Shown in pieces: positions 30,810-41,140 of a stretch of 64,000 bases of DNA. How positions within the stretch are numbered: the first letter of the stretch is position 1; the number at the start of each line of letters is the position of its first letter. The position numbers and the translations under genes are program-made. Below the pieces are notes generated by a model, which was given only the letters and a program-made list of their open reading frames with translations, was not told the DNA's origin and ran no database searches. Source of the DNA: an uncultured Chloroflexia bacterium (lineage in GTDB: Bacteria > Chloroflexota > UBA6077 > JACCZL01); NCBI GenBank assembly GCA_963765765.1, contig CAVXYC010000015.1, positions 608,001-672,000 on the forward strand. The letters run 5' to 3'.

Positions 30810-32179
30810 CAGCTCAACTTGACGAAGCGGTTGGTGTTCTCCTTCAGCGGCGCGTAGTAGCCGATGTCGTCCAGCGGCACGTCGATCTTGTGCTCGCCTT
30901 CACCGTGCTGCGCTGTACAGCCGGCGACGGTACACGCCATGGAGCCGGGCTTGATCCCACTGTCATAGCCCAGCCAGCGCACCCGCTTGCGCGGCACCTT
31001 GCCCCAGAAGCGATCATCGATCCACTTGAGCGAGCGCACCAGCGCTGGCCTCGCCTTTACGGGCGTGTGCTTCAGCGTCTGCACTGTCATCGTTCGCCAC
31101 CAGGTGTTCGGCTTGGTGAACGGGCAGACCGTGGAGCAGGTGAGGCAGACGGACCAGTGATCCGTCATGAGCGGCCGAAGCTTGTAACACGGCTCCCACT
31201 TGATCTTGTACTTCTCAACGCCGTTGTAGACCTGCTTCCCTTCAAAGGAGATGCTGTTGGTAGGACAGGTCTCGGCGCACTTACGGCAGATCTTGCAGAA
31301 ATCCTCAACGCCGATGTCGATCGGCTTGTCAGGCACCAGCGGCAGATCGGTCAAGATGGCGTCGTTCAGATGAATCCGGGCGCCAAACTCCTCGGAGATG
31401 ATCAAGCCGTTGCGCCCAAGCTCGCCGATGCCGGCCGCCAGCGCCGCGGCCTGGGGATTCACCTTTCCGCGGATGGCGGTGTAGCCGAGTTCGCGAATGT
31501 AGCCCTCGAGCTGCGTCAGTACGAGTCCCAGGTTCATGAGTGTGAACTCATACGCGGCATCGCCGATGTGATGGCGATGCGCCTGGGCCATCTCATAGTT
31601 CCAGGCCACGGGCGTGACCAGGACGTATGGATATGCCGTGCACAGCTCTTCCTGGGTCATCGTGCCGTCGTCGACGCTTGTGCGGAAGCCCACATCGTGC
31701 AGCGCGCCACCGCCGTACAGGAACGATGGGTGGGAGCGAGCCACGCCAACGATATCCGCGCCGAACGTCTTGGCCACCCGTTTGATGTGGCCAGTCATGA
31801 CGGCTGGATCCGCGACGGGCGTGCGCTCGGGATTAGTGCTGCCCTTCTTAAGGCCGCGCAGGTGGGCCTGAAAGACGTTCTTGTTATCGCGCCCGCGATT
31901 TGGGGAATTGATGCGGCTAAGAGGATCCTTACTCACGCTGTTGCGGTACCAGTTGAACAGCGACTTGCCCACCTCACCGCGCGACACGCGCGGGTGCGGC
32001 GTCTCCTCAGGTGCCACGTTGACGACCCTACCCACCACGTGGACCGAGCGACCCATGTTTGGCGGGGGGTACTCGGCATTGCCGTCCGGCTCGTAGAACG
32101 GCCGGTTTGGGACGTCAGTTTGCTGGGCCGATTGGTCGGCCTGCGACGGAGTTTCGTTAACGCGTGCTTCTGTTGCCAT
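30809..32179 (-). CDS. Reductive dehalogenase (RdhA/QueG superfamily) protein, cobalamin plus 2x[4Fe-4S], no TAT signal
   Basis: IKRVAKTFGADIVGVA, YIRELGYTA, AAGIGELGRNG, TDLPLVPDKPID, CKICRKCAETCP, CLTCSTVCP. Confidence 0.85.
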   Translation of the reverse strand: MATEARVNETPSQADQSAQQTDVPNRPFYEPDGNAEYPPPNMGRSVHVVGRVVNVAPEETPHPRVSRGEVGKSLFNWYRNSVSKDPLSRINSPNRGRDNKNVFQAHLRGLKKGSTNPERTPVADPAVMTGHIKRVAKTFGADIVGVARSHPSFLYGGGALHDVGFRTSVDDGTMTQEELCTAYPYVLVTPVAWNYEMAQAHRHHIGDAAYEFTLMNLGLVLTQLEGYIRELGYTAIRGKVNPQAAALAAGIGELGRNGLIISEEFGARIHLNDAILTDLPLVPDKPIDIGVEDFCKICRKCAETCPTNSISFEGKQVYNGVEKYKIKWEPCYKLRPLMTDHWSVCLTCSTVCPFTKPNTWWRTMTVQTLKHTPVKARPALVRSLKWIDDRFWGKVPRKRVRWLGYDSGIKPGSMACTVAGCTAQHGEGEHKIDVPLDDIGYYAPLKENTNRFVKLS

Positions 32180-32387
32180 GTCTCTCCCAAACCGGGCTTC
32201 CCTTTTATCCGTCAAATTCGGAGGGATCAAGCCCATAGCGGACCAACGGCAAACTACCAGACGAACTACTCATTCTATATGACGAAACACTGAGCGAGCG
32301 CAAATCCGCTGTGCAAATCCCCCCACGTAGGGCGCGACTCCATGCCGATATCCTGTAACCAGTGAAACGGAAAGGACCCTGGATTTC

Positions 32388-32936
32388 ATGAATCCGCCAG
32401 CGAGGCATATCGTAACGGTCTTTGGCGCATCGCGCGTCGGCCCCGACTCGGCTGAATATCGACTTGGCTATGAATTGGGATTGCGTCTTGGCGAAGCCGG
32501 GTTTTCCATCTGCAACGGCGGTTACGACGGGACGATGGAGGCAGTAGCCAAGGGCATCCGTGAATCCGGCGGCCGAAGTATCGGCGTACTCGTGGAGTCG
32601 CTCGAAGGCCGCACGCACAATCCCTACATCGACGAGGTCGAGCGTACGGAAGGCCTGCTCTATCGGCTCGAGCGATTGGTGACGCTCGGCGAGGCCTACC
32701 TCGTCCTCCCCGGCGGCATCGGCACGCTGCTAGAGCTTGCGCTCGTCTGGAACCTTTCCACGGTTCGCGAGCTCGAAAAGCCAATCATTCTCATAGGAAA
32801 AGAATGGCGTCAGGCTATCGATAAGCTGAGCGAGCACATCCTCTTGCGCGAGGGCGACCGCGAGCGGCTGATTCACGTGCACAGTACAGACGCGGTCGTT
32901 TCAATGCTGCGTGAGCACTTCGCGGCCGCCAGCTAA
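32388..32936 (+). CDS. LOG family (Rossmann-fold nucleotide-binding) protein
   Basis: VTVFGAS, NGGYDGTMEAVAKG, LPGGIGTLLEL. Confidence 0.9.
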   Translation: MNPPARHIVTVFGASRVGPDSAEYRLGYELGLRLGEAGFSICNGGYDGTMEAVAKGIRESGGRSIGVLVESLEGRTHNPYIDEVERTEGLLYRLERLVTLGEAYLVLPGGIGTLLELALVWNLSTVRELEKPIILIGKEWRQAIDKLSEHILLREGDRERLIHVHSTDAVVSMLREHFAAAS

Positions 32937-32954
32937 ACGCAGCGTGGGCCGCCC

Positions 32955-33566
32955 TTACCTCGGCCGTGGTGATTGGATGGCCTGCTGAACAGGCCGAGTC
33001 GTTGAGGTTGGCGCAGCCTTAGAAGCGGGAGTAGCGGGAGCGGCGCTTGTCGTGGGCCCCGCGGCTCTATTCGGCGGCGCGGCGGCTCGCGTGGGCGTCG
33101 GTTGTGCGCGGGGCGCCGTAGCGCTTGTTGATCGTGGTGTCACTGGCGCTCGGGCTGAGGGGGCGGTTGCGCGTGGGTCGGCCGTTGGCTGAGCTGGAGT
33201 TGGACTCACTGCCGGAATTGGCGATCGAGCGCCCAGCCGCACGATTGAGCTTACGGTAGCATCCGGCGTTGGCTGGGGCAGTGCGCCTGACTCCGCGGAT
33301 AGGACCTTTCCGCGCCAGCAGCCTGTTGTCAGGAGTGTGGTCAATAGTAGGATCAGGATGCCGCGTGAGATGGGGAAGCGGCGACGAGCTCCACTCGAGT
33401 CGTAGCGGACCCGGGCAAGCGAAATCCTGAGACGCACGACTCCAGTATCACTCCTGATGAGCGTCGGCGATGCGTCCGAAGTCGTCGTTATGGCAAGTCG
33501 TGGCAAATCGTCACGCGGTTGTGACGTGCTGAAGCGCATTTCGTTTACACGAATGATCTGCGGCAT
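32955..33566 (-). CDS. Pro/Ala/Thr-rich putative lipoprotein; start uncertain
   Basis: Hydrophobic stretch ending LTTGC followed by a low-complexity P/A/T tail. Confidence 0.55.
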   Translation of the reverse strand: MPQIIRVNEMRFSTSQPRDDLPRLAITTTSDASPTLIRSDTGVVRLRISLARVRYDSSGARRRFPISRGILILLLTTLLTTGCWRGKVLSAESGALPQPTPDATVSSIVRLGARSPIPAVSPTPAQPTADPRATAPSARAPVTPRSTSATAPRAQPTPTRAAAPPNRAAGPTTSAAPATPASKAAPTSTTRPVQQAIQSPRPR

Positions 33567-33599
33567 AGTCAGTCAGGATGAATTCACCGGAGGCAGGCC

Positions 33600-34581
33600 A
33601 TGGTATTGCTGCTTAATGAGGCTGAGGTTTCTGATCTCTACACCGTCAGGAATGCAATCGAGGATGTGGAGATGGCGCTACGGGAGCTTGGCGAAGGTGC
33701 CGCGACCAATCAGCCGCGCAACCGCGTGGTCACCGGTAACGGCTCATTGCAGGTGATGTCCGGCTTCGTTCCTGGGGCTCAGGCGCTGGGCCTCAAGTAC
33801 TATTCAGCCTCTGCGGTCCGGTGCAAGCTTTGTCGTGTCGCTATTCGATAGCGAGACGGGCCAGCTCCTGGCAATCATGGAAGGAAATACGCTCGGCCAG
33901 ATTCGCACCGGCGCGGCCTCCGGCGTCGCGAGCAAGGTGCTGGCTCGCGCGGATGCTTCGTCCGTCTCCGTGATTGGAAGCGGCTGGCAGGCCAGGACAC
34001 AGCTCGAGGCGGTCTGCGCGGTCCGAAACATTGAACGAGCCAATGTGTTCAGTCGCGATTCCGAACGCCGTGGCGCGTTTGCCCGGGATATGTCCGAGAA
34101 GCTGGGAATCCCCGTGACGGCGGCTGATACCGGTGAAGAGGCCGTACGCGGGACTGATATCGTCATCGTCATCACCAACGCTCGAACGCCGGTGCTCGAG
34201 GGCCAGTGGCTTGAGCCAGGCATGCACGTAAACGCGGCCGGATCGAATCGCGCAAACGCCGCTGAGCTGGATGTCGCAGCGGTCGCCCGTGCGAACGTCA
34301 TTACGGTGGACCAGCTCGCCGATGCCAAAATCGAGTCGGGCGACCTCATCGCGGCTGTTCAGGCGGACGCCGTTGCCTGGGAGAACGTTATCGAGCTGGG
34401 AGCCATCCTGGCCGGGAAGGCGGAGGGGCGCGTCTCGGACGAGCAGATCACGCTCTTTGAGTCTCAAGGACTCGCGATCGAGGACCTGGTGGCAGCGAGA
34501 AGGGTTTACGACCTTGCAACGAAGCAAGGCATAGGGACGGAGATCCCGCTATTCACAAGCGGAGGTGGAAAGCCTCGCTGA
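33600..34581 (+). CDS. Ornithine cyclodeaminase/mu-crystallin family (frameshift ~33820)
   Basis: MVLLLNEAEV...QPRNR...LGLKYY / LFDSETGQLLAIMEG...IRTGAASG, IGSGWQA, FESQGLAIED. Confidence 0.9.
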
Positions 34582-34618
34582 GAGACTTGACTAACCAGGC
34601 GGCTGCGGAGCTCCAAGG

Positions 34619-35002
34619 CTATTCCTTGGGCGGGATCTTTAGCGTCTGACCGATTTTGAGGGCATCCGGATTCTCGCCAATAGCATCCTTGTTGGCTTCG
34701 TAGATCTTGCGCCACTCAGCAGGGTCTTCGTAGTACTGTTGAGCAAGTGATGCTAGCGTGTCGCCCTCACCCACGGTGTGCGTCTGGCCTGGCTGGTCGG
34801 CCGAGCTTGTCGACTGAGGCGAAGACGCCGGAACTACCACCGGCGAGGCTGCCGGAGAAGCCACGGGAGATGCGACCGGGGGAATCGGTGTAGGAGCAGC
34901 GGTCTGGTTTTGACCGAAGCAGCCAGAAAGCACGGACGATGCCGCGGCCAGAGCCGCGGAGATCGCGAATGTTCGGACAGATGAACGCGAAACCATCAGC
35001 AT
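34619..35002 (-). CDS. LysM-domain lipoprotein
   Basis: Lipobox LSGC; HTVGEGDTLASLAQQYY...WRKIYEAN...IGQTLKIP. Confidence 0.9.
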   Translation of the reverse strand: MLMVSRSSVRTFAISAALAAASSVLSGCFGQNQTAAPTPIPPVASPVASPAASPVVVPASSPQSTSSADQPGQTHTVGEGDTLASLAQQYYEDPAEWRKIYEANKDAIGENPDALKIGQTLKIPPKE

Positions 35003-35048
35003 CGGCACCTCAGTCGGAGTATAGTTCCGCGCTAACCCAGGTGCCGCG

Positions 35049-36374
35049 ATGAACCTGGACACGGAAATGCCACAAATAAGTCCATTCTTAGGTTTGCGCT
35101 TTGACGAGAATCACGTTGGCGACGTGGGCGCGGTGTTGTGCCCGCCGTACGACGTCATTAGCCCCGCAGAGCAGCAGCAATTGCTTGACCAGAGCCCTTT
35201 CAATATCGTGCGCGTGGAGCTCAGTCGTGATGAGTCCAGCGATGACAATTCGAGAAATCGATATGTGCGGGCCGCCGAGCTGATCGGGCAGTGGCGAGCC
35301 GCTGGGGCTCTCACCGAAGAGCAACGGCCGGCCTACTATTTGATGGCGCACACGTTTACCTGGGCTGGTCAAAACTACACTCGTCATGGTCTCTTTTCGG
35401 CAGTGCGTCTCCATCCCTGGAGCGACGGAGTGGTGCTGCCACACGAAGAAACGTTCTCCGGTCCGAAAGAGGATCGGTACAAGCTTCTGAGTGCTACCAA
35501 TGTCAACGTGAGTCCAGTGTTCATGGTGATGCGCGAGCAGCCCGAGGCGCTAAAGCAAGCGTGGACAGCCGCTGAAGCGAAGAGTGCGGCCGTTGACGTC
35601 ACTCTTAATGGCGAGCGACATCAGTTGTGGGTGTTGGACGACCCCGAGACCGTGGAGAAGATTGCAGAAGAGCTCGAAGGGCGGACTCTGTACATTGCAG
35701 ATGGCCACCATCGATACGAAACAGCTCTGCGATACAGTGTCGAGCGATCCGAGGCACAGCGGCTCGACGAGGATCATCCAGCTCATTTCGTACTCAGCTA
35801 CATCGCCACGATGGATGATCCCGGACTCGTTGTTCTGCCAACTCATCGACTGATACGAGGAGTGTCCTCTGAGAACGTACGGGACGCCATCCGGGGTTAC
35901 GGGAGTGCCTTCGTGTCCGAATCCGTACCGCTGGACAGTGCAGAGGGCGGCTTGAAGCGCGCCCAGCAGCGAATCGAGGAGCTGGCACGCGAACGCCCAA
36001 CATTCGGTCTCATTGGCTCCGACGCCCGCGACGTGACGATCTACTCGTTGAGCGATTCAAGCGTGATGGAGCAGCTCCTGCCGAACGCGGTGCCGGCCTG
36101 GCGTGCATTAGATGTGTCCGTGCTGCAGACGCTGGTTCTAAATCCGCTTCTGCCAACGCACCAGGAGCGAGACTCCTCGTTGACCTACACGCGTGATCCA
36201 GAATTGGCTCTTGCTAGCTTGCGTAATGGCGACGCTCAGGCGGCATTCATTATGAGCACGCCTTCAGTTCCTGCCATGGCCAACGTCGCCGATGCACGCG
36301 CCCGTATGCCGGAGAAGTCGACCTACTTCTACCCCAAGGTCCCTACCGGCATCGTAATGCGCAGCATTGCCTAG
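35049..36374 (+). CDS. DUF1015 family protein
   Basis: PPYDVIS, LPHEET, IADGHHRYETAL, LPTHR, PEKSTYFYPK. Confidence 0.92.
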   Translation: MNLDTEMPQISPFLGLRFDENHVGDVGAVLCPPYDVISPAEQQQLLDQSPFNIVRVELSRDESSDDNSRNRYVRAAELIGQWRAAGALTEEQRPAYYLMAHTFTWAGQNYTRHGLFSAVRLHPWSDGVVLPHEETFSGPKEDRYKLLSATNVNVSPVFMVMREQPEALKQAWTAAEAKSAAVDVTLNGERHQLWVLDDPETVEKIAEELEGRTLYIADGHHRYETALRYSVERSEAQRLDEDHPAHFVLSYIATMDDPGLVVLPTHRLIRGVSSENVRDAIRGYGSAFVSESVPLDSAEGGLKRAQQRIEELARERPTFGLIGSDARDVTIYSLSDSSVMEQLLPNAVPAWRALDVSVLQTLVLNPLLPTHQERDSSLTYTRDPELALASLRNGDAQAAFIMSTPSVPAMANVADARARMPEKSTYFYPKVPTGIVMRSIA

Positions 36375-36460
36375 ACGGGGAACGAAAGACGGAGGACCGA
36401 AGAGGGTGATCTAACCCTCGTCTTCCGTCGCCTATCCGACGTCGACGAAGGAGCGCTCAC

Positions 36461-38080
36461 ATGCCTGACCTCGTACGAACAAGTCGCCCGCTAGTCACCG
36501 GGCGTGGCGGCGCCGTTGCTAGCGGCCACCCATTGGCGTCCCGAGCGGGGCTCGAGATGCTCCGTCGTGGAGGCAACGCTGCAGACGCGGCGATAGCCAC
36601 GGCCGCGGCGTTAGCCGTGGTGGAGCCGCAGATGTCCGGCCTAAATGGAGACGGTTTCTTCCTGGTGCGAAAGCCAAGCGGACAAACGGTAGTGCTCAAT
36701 GCCACAGGTATGGCTCCACGAGCGGCCAGCGTAGACCGGTTTGGCGATCGACTTCCTCGGCGAGGGGCGGCATCCGCCTCGGTTCCCGGGCTGGTGGATG
36801 GTTGGCTTACGCTCCACGCACATCATGCGAGCCTACCGCTCACGGACCTTCTCGCGCCTGCCATCGAATATGCGCGAGATGGTTACGCGGCGACTCAGCG
36901 CTTGTGCGGGTTTATTCGTCAGGACGCCGCGGACCTGGCCGCTGATCCGGAATGCGCTCGTATTTTCATGCCGAAGGGAGAGGTCCCGCGCACCGGAGAT
37001 CTCATTCGACAAACGGCCCTGGCCTCGACGCTGGAGCGTGTCGCGGTTCACGGTCGAGACGATTTCTATGAGGGCGAGACTGCTCGCCGTTTCGCGGATT
37101 TCTGTCAGAGGAACGGCGGTTTCATCTCGACTGAAGACATGAAAGCGATTCGCACAGAGCTTCAGGATCCGATTGAGACGAGCTATCGTGGCTATACGGT
37201 CCTGGAAGCGCCTCCTAACTCAACAGGCCATGTGCTTCTCCAGGAGCTCAACATTGTTGAGCAGTTCGATCTCGGGAGCATGGGGTTCTTATCTGCGGAC
37301 CATATTCACACGCTTGTGGAGGCTAAGAAACTGGCGTTTGCCGATCGCGAAGCATTCAGCGGCGATCCACGCTTCGTCGACGTGCCAGTGGAGATGCTCC
37401 TGTCGAAGCAGCGCGCACGCGAGCAGGCTCAACAGATCGATGCTGGCCGCGCGGCGCATCGGCCCCTTGCTGCCGGCGCACCGACCGGGAGTGGCGACAC
37501 CACCTACTTCGCGGTCGTGGACGCGGATGGTCTTGCGATCTCGGCGATTCAGAGTCTGAACCAGGCCTGGGGCGCGGCCACGATTGATCCCGCAACGGGC
37601 ATGCTGCTGAATAATCGAATGCTGTACTGGCACCTCGAGTCCGGGCATCCAAATCAACTGGCCCCCGGGAAACGCGTGCGGCACACGATGAATCCGCCTA
37701 TGGTCGTCCGTGATGGCAAACTCGTGCTGGTATTCGGCACGCCCGGTGCAGATCAGCAGGTTCAGGTCAACTTGCAAGTCTTGACCGGGATCATCGATTT
37801 TGGATTGGACCCGCAGGAAGCGATCGAAATGCCGCGCTGGCGCAGCTTCCAGCCCGGCGGTGAGTCCGACTGGCCGCACGGCACCTCCTCGAATCTGCTC
37901 ATTGAGAATCGTGTGCCCGTGGAAACGCTGCGCTCGCTGGAGAGTTATGGGCACACCCTCGAGGTCGTGGGGCCGCTGGAGGGCGGCTGCAATGAGCAAG
38001 CCATCATGGTTCACCCAGAGAACGGCATGCTCATGGCGGCGTCCGACCCGCGGCGCGACGGATATGCACTGGCGCTGTAG
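36461..38080 (+). CDS. ggt: Gamma-glutamyltransferase family protein
   Basis: GGNAADAAIA, PPNSTG, nucleophile DTTY, PGKRVRHT, GTPG, SDPRRDG. Confidence 0.92.
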   Translation: MPDLVRTSRPLVTGRGGAVASGHPLASRAGLEMLRRGGNAADAAIATAAALAVVEPQMSGLNGDGFFLVRKPSGQTVVLNATGMAPRAASVDRFGDRLPRRGAASASVPGLVDGWLTLHAHHASLPLTDLLAPAIEYARDGYAATQRLCGFIRQDAADLAADPECARIFMPKGEVPRTGDLIRQTALASTLERVAVHGRDDFYEGETARRFADFCQRNGGFISTEDMKAIRTELQDPIETSYRGYTVLEAPPNSTGHVLLQELNIVEQFDLGSMGFLSADHIHTLVEAKKLAFADREAFSGDPRFVDVPVEMLLSKQRAREQAQQIDAGRAAHRPLAAGAPTGSGDTTYFAVVDADGLAISAIQSLNQAWGAATIDPATGMLLNNRMLYWHLESGHPNQLAPGKRVRHTMNPPMVVRDGKLVLVFGTPGADQQVQVNLQVLTGIIDFGLDPQEAIEMPRWRSFQPGGESDWPHGTSSNLLIENRVPVETLRSLESYGHTLEVVGPLEGGCNEQAIMVHPENGMLMAASDPRRDGYALAL

Positions 38081-38331
38081 TCAGGCGACTTCGTGAGCTC
38101 CATGTAAGTAGCGGCAGTGCTACATCCAATCCCTGGCGCCGGGCATCCTGCCCGCGCGCGAAGCGTTCGTCTTGCCAATGACGTGCGAATCCGCAGCGTA
38201 GCTGAACGAGATGGCGGCTGCAGTGGCGCTTCGCGTGCGGGCAGGATGCCCGGCGCGGCGGATGGCTGGTTTTGTGAGAGAGGCTCGCGCTCGCTGAGGG
38301 AGACAGGCGGGACGACCGCGGTACCAGGGGA

Positions 38332-39768
38332 CTATGGCAGTGCGAAGCCGATCGAGCTCGAAACGGGCGGCGAGATCATTTCTTGCCGCACGCGCTCTAG
38401 GCGGCGAACGATGTCGATCAACGGGGCGGGTGGAGAACCTGCAGTTGACATAACAACGTTTTTCTCTCGCTGCCCATCGCGCGCCGTGACCGAGAAGGTC
38501 AGCGCGTCGGGAATTGGTCGCAGGGCCACGTGCCTGGGCAGCATGTTGAAGAAATCGCTCTCAGGAAACAGTGCCGCGACCTCCTGGAATCGGTTGACGC
38601 CAAGCTCTACGTCGATGGGGGCGCCAGAGCGCCGTTGTAGGTGCGCGTGTCCTGGGGGGCTGATGGTGAGGACGTCGTTTAGCCCAGCCAGTCCGCCGGT
38701 GACATGAAAAGTAATGTTGAGATCCAGCGGCTCAGCTTGCGGGCCCACCGGGTCCATGATCGCATCCACGCTCGAGCCATCCGCGGTTGCCGAGTAAATC
38801 ATGGCTGTAGCCTGGTCGATGGCTAGTGCGTCCGTCGCGGTGCCTGTCTCAACCGAGCCGAGAATTGAGCCTGTCAGCGGATCCAGGGCGATGATGAGAT
38901 CCGCGTCCCCGGCCGCCAGGTAGACTCGCGACCTTCTCTCGTTGACGGCGATGTCCCGAACGCGTGTGTCCCAGCCCATCAGCCGATTGACAACCTGAAG
39001 CTGGTCCGCATCGACGATGACCAGATCACCGCCTGTGAGAAGGGGGACGTAGATGCGTCCAACACCATCGAGGACTGCCATTCCGTCGGGTCTATCCGGC
39101 AATGAGATCTGAGTTACCGGGACCAGGCGCTCATTGTCGATGACTACAAGTGATGCGTGCGCGGCCTCCTGACCGATTGTGGCGGCGAGGAGTCGATTTC
39201 GTACCCGATCAAATCCCAGAGCGATGGGCTCCATTCCTAGGTCGATGTTTCCTGTCGTCGTAAGGGTAGAGACGTCCAGCACACGAACCGCTTTATCGCG
39301 GCTCAGTGCTACGAAGAGCTTGCCGGAGGCTGGCTCCAACAGGAGTACTTGCGGACCACCGCTGACGCGAGCAGTCGTCACCACGCGTAGCGTGGGGCCA
39401 TGGATGACGGTAATCGTATCCAGTGCGCTGTTAGCGACGTACACGAGTCCCGTGAGGGGGTTTACGCTTATTGCGCTAGGCGGCATCGTATACGGTATGG
39501 AGCCAACTGCTCGTCTGGTTGCCAGGTTCATCACTGAGATGGCGTGCTCCGGCCGTTCGTCCGTGACGCCCGTAGCAAGGTACGCCTGCCCCAGCACTGG
39601 GTCCACCGCGAAGATGACAGGTCGGGAAGCGTTGATGCCTTGGTCACCGGGCGCGGCCTGCGTGCGACCGCTGAGGGCGGGCAGCAGGATTGCCGCGAAC
39701 ATCGCAGCGCGCACCAGCGGACGGACTCTGCTGTGGTTAGTCTGCCAGCTCATCTCGTCTCCAGCCAT
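38332..39768 (-). CDS. Secreted YncE/YVTN beta-propeller protein with a small C-terminal domain
   Basis: Signal peptide; repeats such as VNPLTGLVYVANS...ITVI; C-terminal ITFHVTGGLAG domain. Confidence 0.8.
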   Translation of the reverse strand: MAGDEMSWQTNHSRVRPLVRAAMFAAILLPALSGRTQAAPGDQGINASRPVIFAVDPVLGQAYLATGVTDERPEHAISVMNLATRRAVGSIPYTMPPSAISVNPLTGLVYVANSALDTITVIHGPTLRVVTTARVSGGPQVLLLEPASGKLFVALSRDKAVRVLDVSTLTTTGNIDLGMEPIALGFDRVRNRLLAATIGQEAAHASLVVIDNERLVPVTQISLPDRPDGMAVLDGVGRIYVPLLTGGDLVIVDADQLQVVNRLMGWDTRVRDIAVNERRSRVYLAAGDADLIIALDPLTGSILGSVETGTATDALAIDQATAMIYSATADGSSVDAIMDPVGPQAEPLDLNITFHVTGGLAGLNDVLTISPPGHAHLQRRSGAPIDVELGVNRFQEVAALFPESDFFNMLPRHVALRPIPDALTFSVTARDGQREKNVVMSTAGSPPAPLIDIVRRLERVRQEMISPPVSSSIGFALP

Positions 39769-39937
39769 CCTGATCGACCGTGGTCAGAAAGCGCGGGGCT
39801 TCCTCTTGCGGCGCCGTTTATCTCGGCGTTGTTTGCGCGAACATTCGCCCGCCTGGCAGGGCGAGTTTCTCGCCATAGAATAATCGACCGGTTGATCCTG
39901 GTGTCGTCTCATGAGCTTCACGGGCTCAAAAAGGGAA

Positions 39938-41140
39938 TTAGTCGGGAGCGTTTAAGCGCAGTCCGAGAATGCTTGCCATCGTGCGCAGCTCGGCTTGCGC
40001 GGAGTAGATATCACCACGCACATCGTGAGCCTCGGAGATGGTCTCGGCTAGCGAACGCAGGACTTCAATAGCCGTGGCCATGTCGAGATCATTCTCCAGG
40101 GCCCGTAGGAATGCATCTCGGAACGGCTCGGCCTTCAGTGTGCCGTTGTTCCCGCCGGTTAGCCACACTACAAGGGCGAGCGAATCTGCTAACTCCTGAG
40201 CCGCTTCTAACTTGTCCTCGTCGAAGGCGAACGACTCGCGATAGTGCTCTCCGTGGAGATAGAGCCGTATCGCGTCTGAGCTGTAGCGCTTGAGCAGGTC
40301 CTGCGCAAGAATCAGATTCCCGAGCGACTTACTCATTTTCTCCGTACCCAGATGGAGCATTCCGTTGTGCACCCACAAATGCGAAAAGGGTCGCTTGCCT
40401 GTATACGACTCGCTCTGAGCGATCTCATTTTCATGGTGGGGATAAGCTAGATCGGCGCCACCACCGTGAATATCCAGCGTAGGGCCAAGGTGATCGATTG
40501 CCATGGCACTACATTCAATATGCCAGCCTGGGCGACCGAGACCCCAGGGGCTCTCCCAGGCCAGCTCACCGGGCTTCTGGCCTAGCCAGAGGACGAAATC
40601 CAAAGGCCATTCCTTACTCGGATCATCCGTGCGGTCGCCGGTCTCATTCAGTTTGTCCATCATGACATTCTGCGGGAGGCCGCTTAGCTCGCCGTAGGTC
40701 GAAACCGAGCGCACGCGAAAGTAGACGTTGGGGCCAGCGGCGTACGCGTGCTCACTAGCAACGAGCGATTCAATGATCTCGACCATTTTGCCGATATGGT
40801 CCGTTGCGCAGGTGTACTCGACCGGCGGTAACACATTCAGCGCGGCCAGGGAATCCTGATGCACCTGTGCCCATCGAGCTCCCAGCTCGTCCCATGGCTC
40901 GCCAACTTCTTTCGCCTTGCGAAGAATGTCGTCGTCGATATCAGTGACGTTCTGGATGTACTGAACGTCGAAGCCGCGATAGCGAAAGTAGCGATTGATC
41001 ACGTCAAACGTGGCGTACGTCAGGGCGTGTCCAAGGTGCGTGGTATCGTACGGTGTGACACCACAGACGTACATGCGGAGCGTGCCGTCAGTCGGTGTCA
41101 CCTTATCCAGCGCGCCGGTCAATGAGTTGTAGAGTCGCAC
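39938..41140 (-). CDS. Short CysRS paralog (MshC-like cysteine ligase)
   Basis: YVCGVTPYDTTHLGHA, QNVTDIDD, GRPGWHIEC, HGGGADLAYPHHE, KMSKSLGN; 400 aa, ends soon after the DALR-like helix. Confidence 0.8.
   Translation of the reverse strand: MRLYNSLTGALDKVTPTDGTLRMYVCGVTPYDTTHLGHALTYATFDVINRYFRYRGFDVQYIQNVTDIDDDILRKAKEVGEPWDELGARWAQVHQDSLAALNVLPPVEYTCATDHIGKMVEIIESLVASEHAYAAGPNVYFRVRSVSTYGELSGLPQNVMMDKLNETGDRTDDPSKEWPLDFVLWLGQKPGELAWESPWGLGRPGWHIECSAMAIDHLGPTLDIHGGGADLAYPHHENEIAQSESYTGKRPFSHLWVHNGMLHLGTEKMSKSLGNLILAQDLLKRYSSDAIRLYLHGEHYRESFAFDEDKLEAAQELADSLALVVWLTGGNNGTLKAEPFRDAFLRALENDLDMATAIEVLRSLAETISEAHDVRGDIYSAQAELRTMASILGLRLNAPD

Noticed and set aside
30809-32179. Calling the gene queG or a respiratory rdhA
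   Set aside because: The N-terminal region is RdhA-like rather than QueG-like, yet there is no TAT signal or rdhB, so neither label is supported.
30890-32293. 467-aa plus-strand ORF
   Set aside because: Antisense shadow of the dehalogenase-like gene, typical of high-GC DNA.
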